Made by a program: the position numbers and the translations under genes. The notes under the pieces are model-generated. The model saw nothing but the letters and a program-made list of their open reading frames with translations, had not been told where the DNA came from and searched no databases. A DNA stretch of 40,313 nucleotides, taken from the NCBI GenBank assembly GCA_964535545.1, contig CAZHUT010000002.1, positions 1-40,313 on the forward strand. The letters are read 5' to 3'. The stretch is from an uncultured Candidatus Saccharibacteria bacterium (GTDB lineage Bacteria > Patescibacteriota > Minisyncoccia > Phycocordibacterales > UBA9973). Of this stretch, positions 25,963 through 33,925 are shown piece by piece (positions within the stretch are counted from its first letter, which is position 1; each line of letters starts with the position of its first letter).

Positions 25963-26061
25963 GGTAGACCTGTCTGCTATACTTAAGGGCAGTAAGGCAA
26001 TAAACCCTTATAAATTAAGCCTGTCCCGCGAAGCTTCAGCGTAGTGGGACCATTCCAAACT

Positions 26062-26646
26062 ATGTTAATCCCAACAGTTATCGAAAAATCACAGTTCGGA
26101 GAACGAGCGTACGACATCTACTCTCGCCTCTTGAACGAGCGCATTATCTTCTTGGGCGGACCAATTGATGACAATGTGGCAAATATCGTCATTGCCCAGC
26201 TCCTCCACCTTGAACACGAAGACCCAAAGAAGGATATCCTCTTGTATATCAACTCCCCTGGCGGCTCAGTTACGGCAGCGATGGCTATCTTTGATACCAT
26301 GAACCACATCAAGCCAGATGTTTCTACGGTTTGTGTCGGCATCGCGGCATCTGCAGCAGCAGTTCTCCTTTCATCTGGAACCAAAGGTAAGCGTCTCTGC
26401 CTTCCAAACTCAGAAGTGATGATTCACCAGGTTATGGGCGGCGCAGAAGGCCAGGCATCTGATATCGAAATCGTAGCGAAGCATATCCTGAAGACAAAAG
26501 AAAAACTCAACCAGATCCTCGCCAAAAATACTGGCAAGAAGGTTGAGCAGGTAGAGAAAGATTCAGACCGCGACTACTACATGTCAGCAGAAGAAGCGAA
26601 GAAGTACGGTTTGATCGATGAGATCATTACTCCGAAGAAAAAATAA
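26062..26646 (+). CDS. clpP: ATP-dependent Clp protease proteolytic subunit
   Basis: [32 protein letters not shown], catalytic-Ser context GIAASAAA and MIHQ motifs. Start set to ATG 26062, because the track start 26044 is GTG. Confidence 0.93.
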   Translation: MLIPTVIEKSQFGERAYDIYSRLLNERIIFLGGPIDDNVANIVIAQLLHLEHEDPKKDILLYINSPGGSVTAAMAIFDTMNHIKPDVSTVCVGIAASAAAVLLSSGTKGKRLCLPNSEVMIHQVMGGAEGQASDIEIVAKHILKTKEKLNQILAKNTGKKVEQVEKDSDRDYYMSAEEAKKYGLIDEIITPKKK

Positions 26647-26682
26647 GTTCTGCTTCGCCAAGGCTTCGCAGAACAGGCAAAT

Positions 26683-26712
26683 AAAAAAGCGCCGGCAACA
26701 TGCTGGCGTTTT
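26683..26712. terminator. Bidirectional terminator after clpP
   Basis: A6, GCGCCGGCA-ACA-TGCTGGCGT, then TTTT. Confidence 0.75.
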
Positions 26713-26757
26713 GCTTTGGCGAGTGAAGTGGAACAAAATTGTGCGTGAAGTATCGTA

Positions 26758-26934
26758 TTAGTTATCTGAAAAGGTATCTTTGCCCCAAAATTTCTTGTGG
26801 ATGGCCTTTTTGCCATCATTCATTTTTTTGAGGGTAAATAAAAGAGCGTAAATTGCTAGTGCAGGCAATGCTTCGCCAAGCAAGCACAGTTCAAAGTCCC
26901 ATTCAAGCCAGAAGGCTTCGGTAAATATTTCCAT
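26758..26934 (-). CDS. Possible small membrane protein (58 aa), below the ORF-track cutoff
   Basis: My translation is MEIFTEAFWLEWDFELCLLGEALPALAIYALLFTLKKMNDGKKAIHKKFWGKDTFSDN. It ends just before the bidirectional terminator. I found no clear SD or promoter. Confidence 0.3.
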   Translation of the reverse strand: MEIFTEAFWLEWDFELCLLGEALPALAIYALLFTLKKMNDGKKAIHKKFWGKDTFSDN

Positions 26935-27174
26935 GTTTTTGATTTGTATACAAAAAAACCCAACTTTTCTTTCTTGTCAATTTTGCGTAGACAAACCACC
27001 CTTTTACTGCTAGTATAAAATCGTTGAATTTTAATAAGTTAGTTGGCCTGGTTGTTAACGGTTGCGCCGCCCAATAGTCTTAAAACCCCATGATTCTCTC
27101 CTCTCAAACTCACAACAGAACACGGTATCTATTGAAGCTCCGCGCTGCGTCAGACATCTCGGCCTAAGGTCGTT

Positions 27175-28695
27175 ATGATAACAATTATTGTAGGTATTGC
27201 CGCACTGATCCTTGGAACTGGGATCGGGTATTACTTGCGCATGATCAAGTCGCTCGGACAGAAAGGTTCGATCGAAGTTGAGATCAAGGAAATGTTGATC
27301 GGCGCAAAAGAAGAAGCAAGCCGTATCGTCGATGAAGCCAAGAAAAAGGCTGAGGAACGAGACGCTGAACTTCGCGGAATGGAAAAAGAAAAAGAAGAAA
27401 AGTTCCAGGAAACCGAAAAGCGCTTGATCAAGAAGGAAGAATTGCTTGATGCACGCCAGACGGAAATCGACAAAGAAGTCGAGAACATCAAATTGAAAGT
27501 CGAAGAAATCAAGAAGATCAAGGAACGCGTAGATAACGCGCATGAAGAAAAGCGCAAAGAACTCGAACGCGTCGCAGGCCTCAAGGCTGACGAAGCAAAA
27601 GAGCAGCTCATGGTTGAGATCGAAAAGAAGTACGAAGAAGACTTCCTCGTCCGCATGCAGAAACTCGAGCAGAATTCTCAGGACAAGCTTGATCGCCGTG
27701 CAAAGGATATTCTCTCAACGACGATCCAGCGTTTGGCATCATCAACTGCCGGTGAAATCATGACAACGGCAGTCAACATTCCAAACGATGAAATCAAAGG
27801 AAAAATCATCGGTAAGGAAGGACGAAACATTCGAGCGTTCGAACGTTCAGCTGGTGTTGAACTCATTGTCGATGAAACTCCTGGCACGATTGTGATTTCA
27901 TCATTTGATCCAGTTCGCCGACAGGTTGCCCGTCTCGCGCTTGAAAACTTGATCCTTGACGGACGCATTCAGCCTGCAAAGATCGAAGAAATGGTTTTGA
28001 AGGCTCAGGAAGACATCAACAAAATCATCAAGCAGAAAGGTGAAGAAGCAGTGTTTGAATGCGGCATCTTCAACTTTGATCCTCGCATCATTGCAATCGT
28101 CGGACGTCTCTACTTCCGGACAAGTTATGGCCAGAACGTGCTCCAACACTCAGTTGAAATGGCTCACATTGCCGGAATGCTTGCTGAAGAACTTGGTGCA
28201 GATGTGCAGGTTGCTAAGGCAGGTGCTCTCGTTCACGACATCGGTAAGGCCCTCGACCATGAAGTTCAAGGTACGCACATCGATATCGGTATGCGCATCC
28301 TCCAGAAGTTCGGCGCTGATCCTCGCGTGATTACAGCCATGAAGTCTCACCACGATGACTGCCCACACGAAAGTATGGAAGCGGTAATCGTTCAGACAGC
28401 CGACATCATCTCAGGCGGACGTCCAGGTGCTCGACGCGATAGTGTCGAAAACTACTTGAAGCGTTTGCAGGAACTTGAAGCACTCGTGAATGGCTTTGGC
28501 GGCGTTGAGAAATCATATGCGCTCTCAGCCGGCCGTGAAATTCGAATCTTCGTCACTCCTGAAAAGGTCAATGATGTCGAAGCCAAGGAAATGGCCCGCG
28601 AAGTTGCAAAGAAGATTGAAGCAGAACTCAAGTACCCAGGTGAAATTCGTGTAGTACTGATTCGCGAAAATCGAATCGTGGAGTACGCGAGATAA
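27175..28695 (+). CDS. rny: Ribonuclease Y
   Basis: N-terminal TM helix, Lys/Glu coiled coil, KH motif (GKIIGKEGRNIR) and HD domain (HSVEMAHIAG...LVHDIGK). Confidence 0.93.
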   Translation: MITIIVGIAALILGTGIGYYLRMIKSLGQKGSIEVEIKEMLIGAKEEASRIVDEAKKKAEERDAELRGMEKEKEEKFQETEKRLIKKEELLDARQTEIDKEVENIKLKVEEIKKIKERVDNAHEEKRKELERVAGLKADEAKEQLMVEIEKKYEEDFLVRMQKLEQNSQDKLDRRAKDILSTTIQRLASSTAGEIMTTAVNIPNDEIKGKIIGKEGRNIRAFERSAGVELIVDETPGTIVISSFDPVRRQVARLALENLILDGRIQPAKIEEMVLKAQEDINKIIKQKGEEAVFECGIFNFDPRIIAIVGRLYFRTSYGQNVLQHSVEMAHIAGMLAEELGADVQVAKAGALVHDIGKALDHEVQGTHIDIGMRILQKFGADPRVITAMKSHHDDCPHESMEAVIVQTADIISGGRPGARRDSVENYLKRLQELEALVNGFGGVEKSYALSAGREIRIFVTPEKVNDVEAKEMAREVAKKIEAELKYPGEIRVVLIRENRIVEYAR

Positions 28696-28706
28696 ACTAC
28701 AAAATA

Positions 28707-28744
28707 TAAAAGAGCGGCGCGCACAAAGTGCGCGCCGCTCTTTT
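28707..28744. terminator. Bidirectional terminator (rny and the minus-strand operon)
   Basis: AAAAGAGCGGCGCGCAC-AAA-GTGCGCGCCGCTCTTTT. Confidence 0.85.
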
Positions 28745-28752
28745 ATATTTCC

Positions 28753-28935
28753 TTATTTCAACTTCTTCAAGTCCTCAAGTTCTTTCTCAAGATTTTGTAG
28801 CAACTTCTTTTGCTCACCTGCATCCATCGCTTCAAAAAGATCAAACCATAAGAATAGTTCTTCTTTGCTTTCTCCTTCATTCACCAGGGCTCGTATGAGT
28901 TCTTGCAAGTGTGTTTTTGTGTAGTTATCCGACAT
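28753..28935 (-). CDS. Small acidic helical protein (60 aa)
   Basis: Its ATG overlaps the upstream gene by 11 nt (translational coupling). It is the last gene of a three-gene operon. Confidence 0.55.
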   Translation of the reverse strand: MSDNYTKTHLQELIRALVNEGESKEELFLWFDLFEAMDAGEQKKLLQNLEKELEDLKKLK

Positions 28936-29545
28936 GTTCTTCTTCCTCGACTAATTGCTCATCACGGGATCCTTCAACTTTCTCGACCAATTCCTTGGTT
29001 TTTTCAACTCCGTTTCGGTTCAATATCTTATGACCAGCATCAAGCAACTTCGCCAATTTGGGCTTGAATGCAGTCGCTCCATCGCGAACATTGCGAATAA
29101 TATCCAAACCTTTCTGATCAATCCAAACAAGCCATGACATAGTGCCTGATACGCCGGCAAACTGAATTGCTTCGTGCGCTCCAGGTAGACCAGTTGCCGT
29201 AGCTAAAGCAGCATACCCACTACAAACATAGAAACTTCCGCTGCTTAATGCTGTTATGCCGTACGTAATCCGTTCTTCGTTCGTCATTTTTTTACCATCG
29301 AAGGTGGTACCACGAATCGCTTGAGCTCCCATTGAAGGGGCAGTAAGAATAAAATCAGCTGCAAAGGTACCTACTTTTTTTACTACCGGAAGATTTTCTG
29401 CGATCAGCATCTTTGCTCGATCAAAAAAGTCATCAAAGATCCGTGCACGTTCTCCACGTGCACGTTCCATTACTATCTCACGCTTCTTTTCAAGAGAAAG
29501 AATCTTTTCAGATTGAGATCTTAATGATAACTTAGGTGTTTCCAC
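28925..29545 (-). CDS. Hypothetical protein (206 aa from a GTG start)
   Basis: ORF begins 28 nt downstream of the Cys-rich gene. It has a Gly/Ala/Ser-rich hydrophobic central segment. The start is uncertain: GTG 29545 or ATG 29470. Confidence 0.6.
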   Translation of the reverse strand: METPKLSLRSQSEKILSLEKKREIVMERARGERARIFDDFFDRAKMLIAENLPVVKKVGTFAADFILTAPSMGAQAIRGTTFDGKKMTNEERITYGITALSSGSFYVCSGYAALATATGLPGAHEAIQFAGVSGTMSWLVWIDQKGLDIIRNVRDGATAFKPKLAKLLDAGHKILNRNGVEKTKELVEKVEGSRDEQLVEEEEHVG

Positions 29546-29573
29546 AGAGAAAAGTATAAACCAGTTTGGAAAC

Positions 29574-31301
29574 TTACGCTACTTTTTGAAGATAATGTTC
29601 TTTACAAAACAATTGTCCTTGAAAATCTTTTTTATATGCCGTCAAAAATTCCTTGCCACAGCCCGGCTCCGCGCACGTTCCTTTTCGGGATATAGGCGGA
29701 TTGCGGAATTCCATTCGTTCAGCATGACGGCAGTTTGGACATTTTGTCGGAAGTGGCAAATTGAAGCGTCGGTAAAAGCCCACCTCGTCAGGAATCACAC
29801 GAAAGGCAGTGGCACAATTTTTCTTTTCATCACCATTATTCGCACACTGTAATATTTCTTTAGTGATATCTTCCGGTGTTTCTTCGATCGTATCCGGAAT
29901 CTGTTCAGTAGTAAGCGTTGGCTGATAATTTCGAGCCTCACGTTCTGCCCAGACAAATCCTTTTGCACCGACGGTATCTTTCGTCATTGGAAATACTTCC
30001 TGCGCAGTTGTTTCATTGTAAGCAAACGGAGAAAGTTCACTTGGGAAAAATTCACCGTAGCCATACGTCAGACCAAGCTTGTCAGTGTATTTGACTTCAA
30101 CCATTTGCTTGAGGATTTCTGCGCGGAGCTTCTCATATTCTTCTTTGGTGTACTGCTTGTTCAAAATACAGTACTGCTTCTTGCGCATGCCAATACAACC
30201 AAACATGTCATGTGACGTCATCACCTGCATGCAGTAATCCATGTCACGGTTTTCACTTGGCACAAACCACGAAAATCGCACGCGGGAGCCGCCACCACCT
30301 CCTTGCAAAATCTCGTAATGAAGTTCTGCGCCGTCGCCGTATTGCGTGAAGTCATAACTATCTTTCGTACTTGCGGTAACCAAGTACTGGCTGTATTTTA
30401 CATTCCATCCTTCATGAACAATCCATGAGTCATGCACATTTTTGGAATTGTAAATATAGTCACCAGAAACATTGTCAGTCTGCTTCTCGTGCATGAACTT
30501 GGTAATCCCCTGATTCCAAAAATCTCTTACTTGCTTTCGGATTTCATCAAGATTGGCCCGTGAATTCAAACCGAGTTCTGCAAGTTTTGCTTCATATGCT
30601 TCTTTGCTTCCATATGGCTGATTGAAGATGCAGTAACTTTGCTTTCGGAGATTCACGCAGCCGAAACAGTCTGTACATCCATTACAGTCACGGCAAAACC
30701 AAATGTCTGAAGAACTTTCACAGTCCATTGAGTAAAAAGCGCGGTAGCAGTTCTGAGTGTTTACGCATTCGTAACACATTTCAGATTGGTGTACGAGATT
30801 TGTATCGACGCAGTTTTTTGATCCTTCAATTTCACAACCGTAGCTGCAGTCTTCATTGAAATCTGCATTTGAAAGCAAGTAGCAGTTGCGGAGATCGAGC
30901 ACCATGTTGTTGTATGGCGAATTGATCATGCGGGATTCATCTACCACAAAGTTCGCCACAAATGGCACATCGTTCATGAGCTCGCGGTATTGCTGGAAAA
31001 ATGGCTTGGAAAAATCATAGTCTCTTCCCCACTTAGTCGCGTCAAAATCATCGCTCCACCAGCATTTCTGGCAGACGATTTTCTGAGGACCGTTCGGTCG
31101 GTAAATCGAAATTACCTCTTTCTGGCAGAGTTCACATGTGCGCTTATACAATGTTCGATCATTACGGAACGTCAAGCGGCGCTGCAAGCGACACTCCGGA
31201 CAGAACGTCGGTTCCGGCACCTGCACCATTTGATAGAAATTCTGATCGTTCTCATCGATCTGGAAATCCTTCTGGCATTTCTGACATGATTTAGTTTTCA
31301 T
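29574..31301 (-). CDS. Cys-rich protein with terminal zinc-ribbon motifs and an internal Cys-ladder repeat
   Basis: N-terminus CQKCQ...CPEC...CELC...CQKC and C-terminus CPNC...CAEPGC...FCKEHY. Internal duplication CFGCVNLRKQSYCIFNQPYGSKEAYEAKLAEL versus MFGCIGMRKKQYCILNKQYTKEEYEKLRAEIL. Confidence 0.75.
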   Translation of the reverse strand: MKTKSCQKCQKDFQIDENDQNFYQMVQVPEPTFCPECRLQRRLTFRNDRTLYKRTCELCQKEVISIYRPNGPQKIVCQKCWWSDDFDATKWGRDYDFSKPFFQQYRELMNDVPFVANFVVDESRMINSPYNNMVLDLRNCYLLSNADFNEDCSYGCEIEGSKNCVDTNLVHQSEMCYECVNTQNCYRAFYSMDCESSSDIWFCRDCNGCTDCFGCVNLRKQSYCIFNQPYGSKEAYEAKLAELGLNSRANLDEIRKQVRDFWNQGITKFMHEKQTDNVSGDYIYNSKNVHDSWIVHEGWNVKYSQYLVTASTKDSYDFTQYGDGAELHYEILQGGGGGSRVRFSWFVPSENRDMDYCMQVMTSHDMFGCIGMRKKQYCILNKQYTKEEYEKLRAEILKQMVEVKYTDKLGLTYGYGEFFPSELSPFAYNETTAQEVFPMTKDTVGAKGFVWAEREARNYQPTLTTEQIPDTIEETPEDITKEILQCANNGDEKKNCATAFRVIPDEVGFYRRFNLPLPTKCPNCRHAERMEFRNPPISRKGTCAEPGCGKEFLTAYKKDFQGQLFCKEHYLQKVA

Positions 31302-31342
31302 ATGCTTTTTGTATTATCTCACACTACAAGTTAATAATCGAA

Positions 31343-31432
31343 CTAGTGCAAATCGCCCGGATTGTGGTGACTTGCTCCTAAAAGCAGCGGTGGCAACACG
31401 AGGGCGAGAATGATGGCAAAAATAACAATCAT
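31343..31432 (-). CDS. Possible 29-aa hydrophobic peptide
   Basis: My translation is MIVIFAIILALVLPPLLLGASHHNPGDLH. It lies just upstream of the Cys-rich operon. It is very short and has no other support. Confidence 0.2.
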   Translation of the reverse strand: MIVIFAIILALVLPPLLLGASHHNPGDLH

Positions 31433-31536
31433 AAAGTTTATATTTTATTTCTCATAATCAGCCCGCGAATTTCGTGAACTGAAGAATGAGGACGAATTGC
31501 ATTACGCAATTCGTCCAGTAAACAATTAAACGATTC

Positions 31537-32172
31537 TTAATAAACGATGGGTTCAAGTATTGGATCCCCTGTGGCAAATCTATTAATATTTAAGTGTCTT
31601 TGAAGATGACTAACAAGTTCTTCAGTAGTTACCTTATCAGCATGTGGTTTATTGAATTCACCGTTAAAAGAAATTTCAATTCCACCATAAATTCCACTAA
31701 GAGTATCACCAGTCAAATGACTAACAGGAGTACCGTTATGAAAATAGTTAGCAACTTCCAACAACTTTATTATTTGTGGTCCGGAAATTTTCTTGTCTAA
31801 ATCTTCCTTTGAAATCAACTCTATGGCAACCCAATATGCGATTTTTGCTTTCCAAGCTGTACCACTTGGCTTATAGAAGCCGAAGCAAATCCTTTTATTG
31901 TGAAAAAAATCTTCTTTTGCATCGTCTGGATCTTCTTCAGGACTCTTGAGTATAAATTCTTTGAAAATTAGGTCTCGCTTGTTTGAATAGTTATCTGTGG
32001 TTGGGTAGTTCGGTCTTAAGTTACCTGTTTCCATGTTTATTGTTTTTAGGTTAAAGAATATATTTACTTTCTTGCTTATATTATCCAACGGTTTTGACAA
32101 ACTGTCATTTTTGTTAACAAATATCAAAAATTGCTCGTTTTTGCTTATTTGATATAATGTTTTTGTTGTCAA
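31537..32172 (-). CDS. Hypothetical protein in an AT-rich stretch, divergent from the TrmB-like regulator
   Basis: The 211-aa ORF from TTG 32172 overlaps the regulator's promoter and operators. ATG 32034 would give 166 aa. It is followed by a GGACGAATTGC/GCAATTCGTCC hairpin at about 31490-31518. Confidence 0.55.
   Translation of the reverse strand: MTTKTLYQISKNEQFLIFVNKNDSLSKPLDNISKKVNIFFNLKTINMETGNLRPNYPTTDNYSNKRDLIFKEFILKSPEEDPDDAKEDFFHNKRICFGFYKPSGTAWKAKIAYWVAIELISKEDLDKKISGPQIIKLLEVANYFHNGTPVSHLTGDTLSGIYGGIEISFNGEFNKPHADKVTTEELVSHLQRHLNINRFATGDPILEPIVY
32095..32107. promoter_or_regulatory. Palindrome TGACA-AAC-TGTCA (candidate operator)
   Basis: Perfect 5+3+5 palindrome in the divergent intergenic region. 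Confidence 0.4.
32131..32158 (+). promoter_or_regulatory. Promoter of the TrmB-like regulator
   Basis: TTGCTC (32131-32136), N16, TATAAT (32153-32158). Confidence 0.55.
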
Positions 32173-32183
32173 AGCTTTTGACA
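32167..32183. promoter_or_regulatory. Palindrome TGTCAAA-GCT-TTTGACA (candidate autoregulatory operator)
   Basis: Perfect 7+3+7 palindrome immediately downstream of the -10, overlapping the predicted TSS. Confidence 0.5.
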
Positions 32184-32198
32184 GAATTCTAAAAAACC

Positions 32199-32951
32199 AT
32201 GGAAAAAGACAAAATTATCGCCCTATTCAAGAACATCGGCCTCTCCGAAAACGAAGCTCGAGTGTACTTCGCCATGCTCTCTGTAGGTCCAAGTCCGATA
32301 ATGAAGATCGCCCGAGCCGCTGGTGTGAAGCGAACGACCGTCTACCCTGTAATAGAAACACTAAAAAACCGCGGGTTGGCGCGGGTTGAACAGCCTGGGT
32401 TGAAGCAAAAATTTGCAGCGGAGGATCCGAGCAAGCTTGAAGCTGTGATTGATGCTCAGCAGCGAGAATTTAAAAATGCCATTCCTTCCTTGCGATCACT
32501 CTATTTTTCTGATGAATCAGCAACGACGGTTAAATATTACCAAGGGCTGAAAGCAATCAAAGGAATTTATGACGATCTGCTTGCAGGCTTGAAGCCAGGA
32601 GATTTTTATCTGGCAATTTCAAATATTCAAAATTGGCAAGGACTTGATGAAACATTTTTTATGAAACACGTGGAGGACCGCGCGCATCTACGAGTAAAAA
32701 CACGATTGCTCTTTCAGGATTCTGAAACGGCGCGCAATCGAAAGAAAACTGAACGGAATTTTAATGAAGAAATACGAATTCTTCCGGACAGCACACATCT
32801 TGAAACTGACTTGGCTATCACCCCACGGAAAATGGTTATCTTTCAACTGCGCGAACCATTAGTGGCAATTGTGATCGAAAACAAGACGGCAATTGAAATG
32901 CAAAAGGAACTGTTTGAAATTATTTGGAAATCTTCTGGTGCAACAGTATAA
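32199..32951 (+). CDS. TrmB-family (winged-helix) transcriptional regulator
   Basis: The N-terminus LFKNIGLSENEARVYFAMLSVGPSPIMKIARAAGVKRTTVYPVIETLKNRGL is the typical TrmB wHTH. Confidence 0.8.
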   Translation: MEKDKIIALFKNIGLSENEARVYFAMLSVGPSPIMKIARAAGVKRTTVYPVIETLKNRGLARVEQPGLKQKFAAEDPSKLEAVIDAQQREFKNAIPSLRSLYFSDESATTVKYYQGLKAIKGIYDDLLAGLKPGDFYLAISNIQNWQGLDETFFMKHVEDRAHLRVKTRLLFQDSETARNRKKTERNFNEEIRILPDSTHLETDLAITPRKMVIFQLREPLVAIVIENKTAIEMQKELFEIIWKSSGATV

Positions 32952-33033
32952 AAAAACGGCACGGTTCTGTTAGAAACCGCGCCTATATATAGAGAATAAA
33001 AGACTCTATACATTAAAAAAATGTGTAGTACGG

Positions 33034-33657
33034 CTAGCAGCGCAGGTTGAAGCCCGTTGTGCAGGTTGCAACCATAGCTGTAGTACCGCCCGAATCGTTG
33101 TGTGTGCCGCTTTTGTTCATTACTGTAGCTGCGTTTGTTTCATTTTTTTGTTGCACGCTATTAGTGTTGTTTGTGTTTGCTGCAGGCCAGTCATCGTTCA
33201 CCACTGTAGAACAACCGATGTCGTTATTTCCGCTTATCATACTCCAACCGGTAGCTTGCTTTATTGTTGCATTTGCTGCCAGGGGTATCGGAACATCCGT
33301 ACATACTTTTGCCGTAATTTTTGCACCGCTGATATCATTTTTAAAGCACCCAACCTGTATATTTACTTCACCAGGGTCAAGGGCCGCCAATGGTACAGGC
33401 ACATCGTTCGTACTGGTCATACCGGGTACTTTAGCTGCATGCATCGAAATATCGCGCTTCATATCGGTAGTGGTTAAACTTGCCGTTGGTGGTGCGGTAC
33501 AGTCGTGGCATGGTGTGCACGTGTTTACTGCGGTTAGCAAATGTGTGTTGCTTGTTTTTACTTCGGCCGTTTTCATTTCTTTGGCTGAAGTTTTCATAGT
33601 GTTGCCGGCACAGATAAGCAAAACTGCTGCCGTCATCAGGATTAAAACCTTTTTCAT
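33034..33657 (-). CDS. Secreted Cys-containing protein with a CxxCH-like motif
   Basis: Signal peptide MKKVLILMTAAVLLICAG. CTPCHDC is encoded at nt 33499-33519. Promoter and terminator are oriented for the minus strand. The 205-aa plus-strand ORF 33047-33664 is its shadow. Confidence 0.65.
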   Translation of the reverse strand: MKKVLILMTAAVLLICAGNTMKTSAKEMKTAEVKTSNTHLLTAVNTCTPCHDCTAPPTASLTTTDMKRDISMHAAKVPGMTSTNDVPVPLAALDPGEVNIQVGCFKNDISGAKITAKVCTDVPIPLAANATIKQATGWSMISGNNDIGCSTVVNDDWPAANTNNTNSVQQKNETNAATVMNKSGTHNDSGGTTAMVATCTTGFNLRC

Positions 33658-33814
33658 GACTTAAATCATTTTAAAGTGAATGATCCTTCTTACACAGAAA
33701 AATACCTTCGGAAAACTAGGTGGCTAAGCATGCTCTATAGCAAGATCTTTTTGTGGCTCACTCTTCGATTCGTACTACTATTCAACTATTTCAAAGAATC
33801 ACGTGAATAAGAAA

Positions 33815-33843
33815 ACTCTATAAAAATAAGGGTGTATTGTCAA
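33815..33843 (-). promoter_or_regulatory. Putative promoter of the 33034-33657 gene
   Basis: On the minus strand, TTGACA (33843-33838), N17, TAGAGT (33820-33815). This implies a 5'UTR of about 150 nt. Confidence 0.4.
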
Positions 33844-33854
33844 TGGAAGCTGTG

Positions 33855-33895
33855 CAAAAAAAATAACGGCATCCAACTTTTGATCGGACGCCGTT
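33855..33895 (-). terminator. Terminator of the 33926-35365 gene
   Basis: AACGGCaTCC...GGAcGCCGTT stem preceded by A8 on the plus strand. Confidence 0.7.
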
Positions 33896-33925
33896 TTAGT
33901 GTTTTCAATTGGTTTGGTTCAAAAA

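Noticed and set aside
1164-28724. Many long antisense or alternate-frame ORFs in the track, for example 1164-1682(+), 5063-5521(+), 6482-6901(+), 10917-11384(+), 12279-12890(+), 21917-22522(-), 27055-27543(-), 27231-27656(-) and 2432-2692(+).
   Set aside because: Each lies entirely within a confidently identified gene on the other strand or frame. Their translations are low-complexity or Ser/Arg/Cys-rich, as is typical of shadow ORFs.
33047-33664. The 205-aa plus-strand ORF overlapping the 33034-33657 gene.
   Set aside because: It is a mirror-frame shadow. The minus-strand frame has a signal peptide, a TTGACA promoter upstream and a terminator with a T-run downstream in the matching orientation. 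The plus-strand ORF has none of these.
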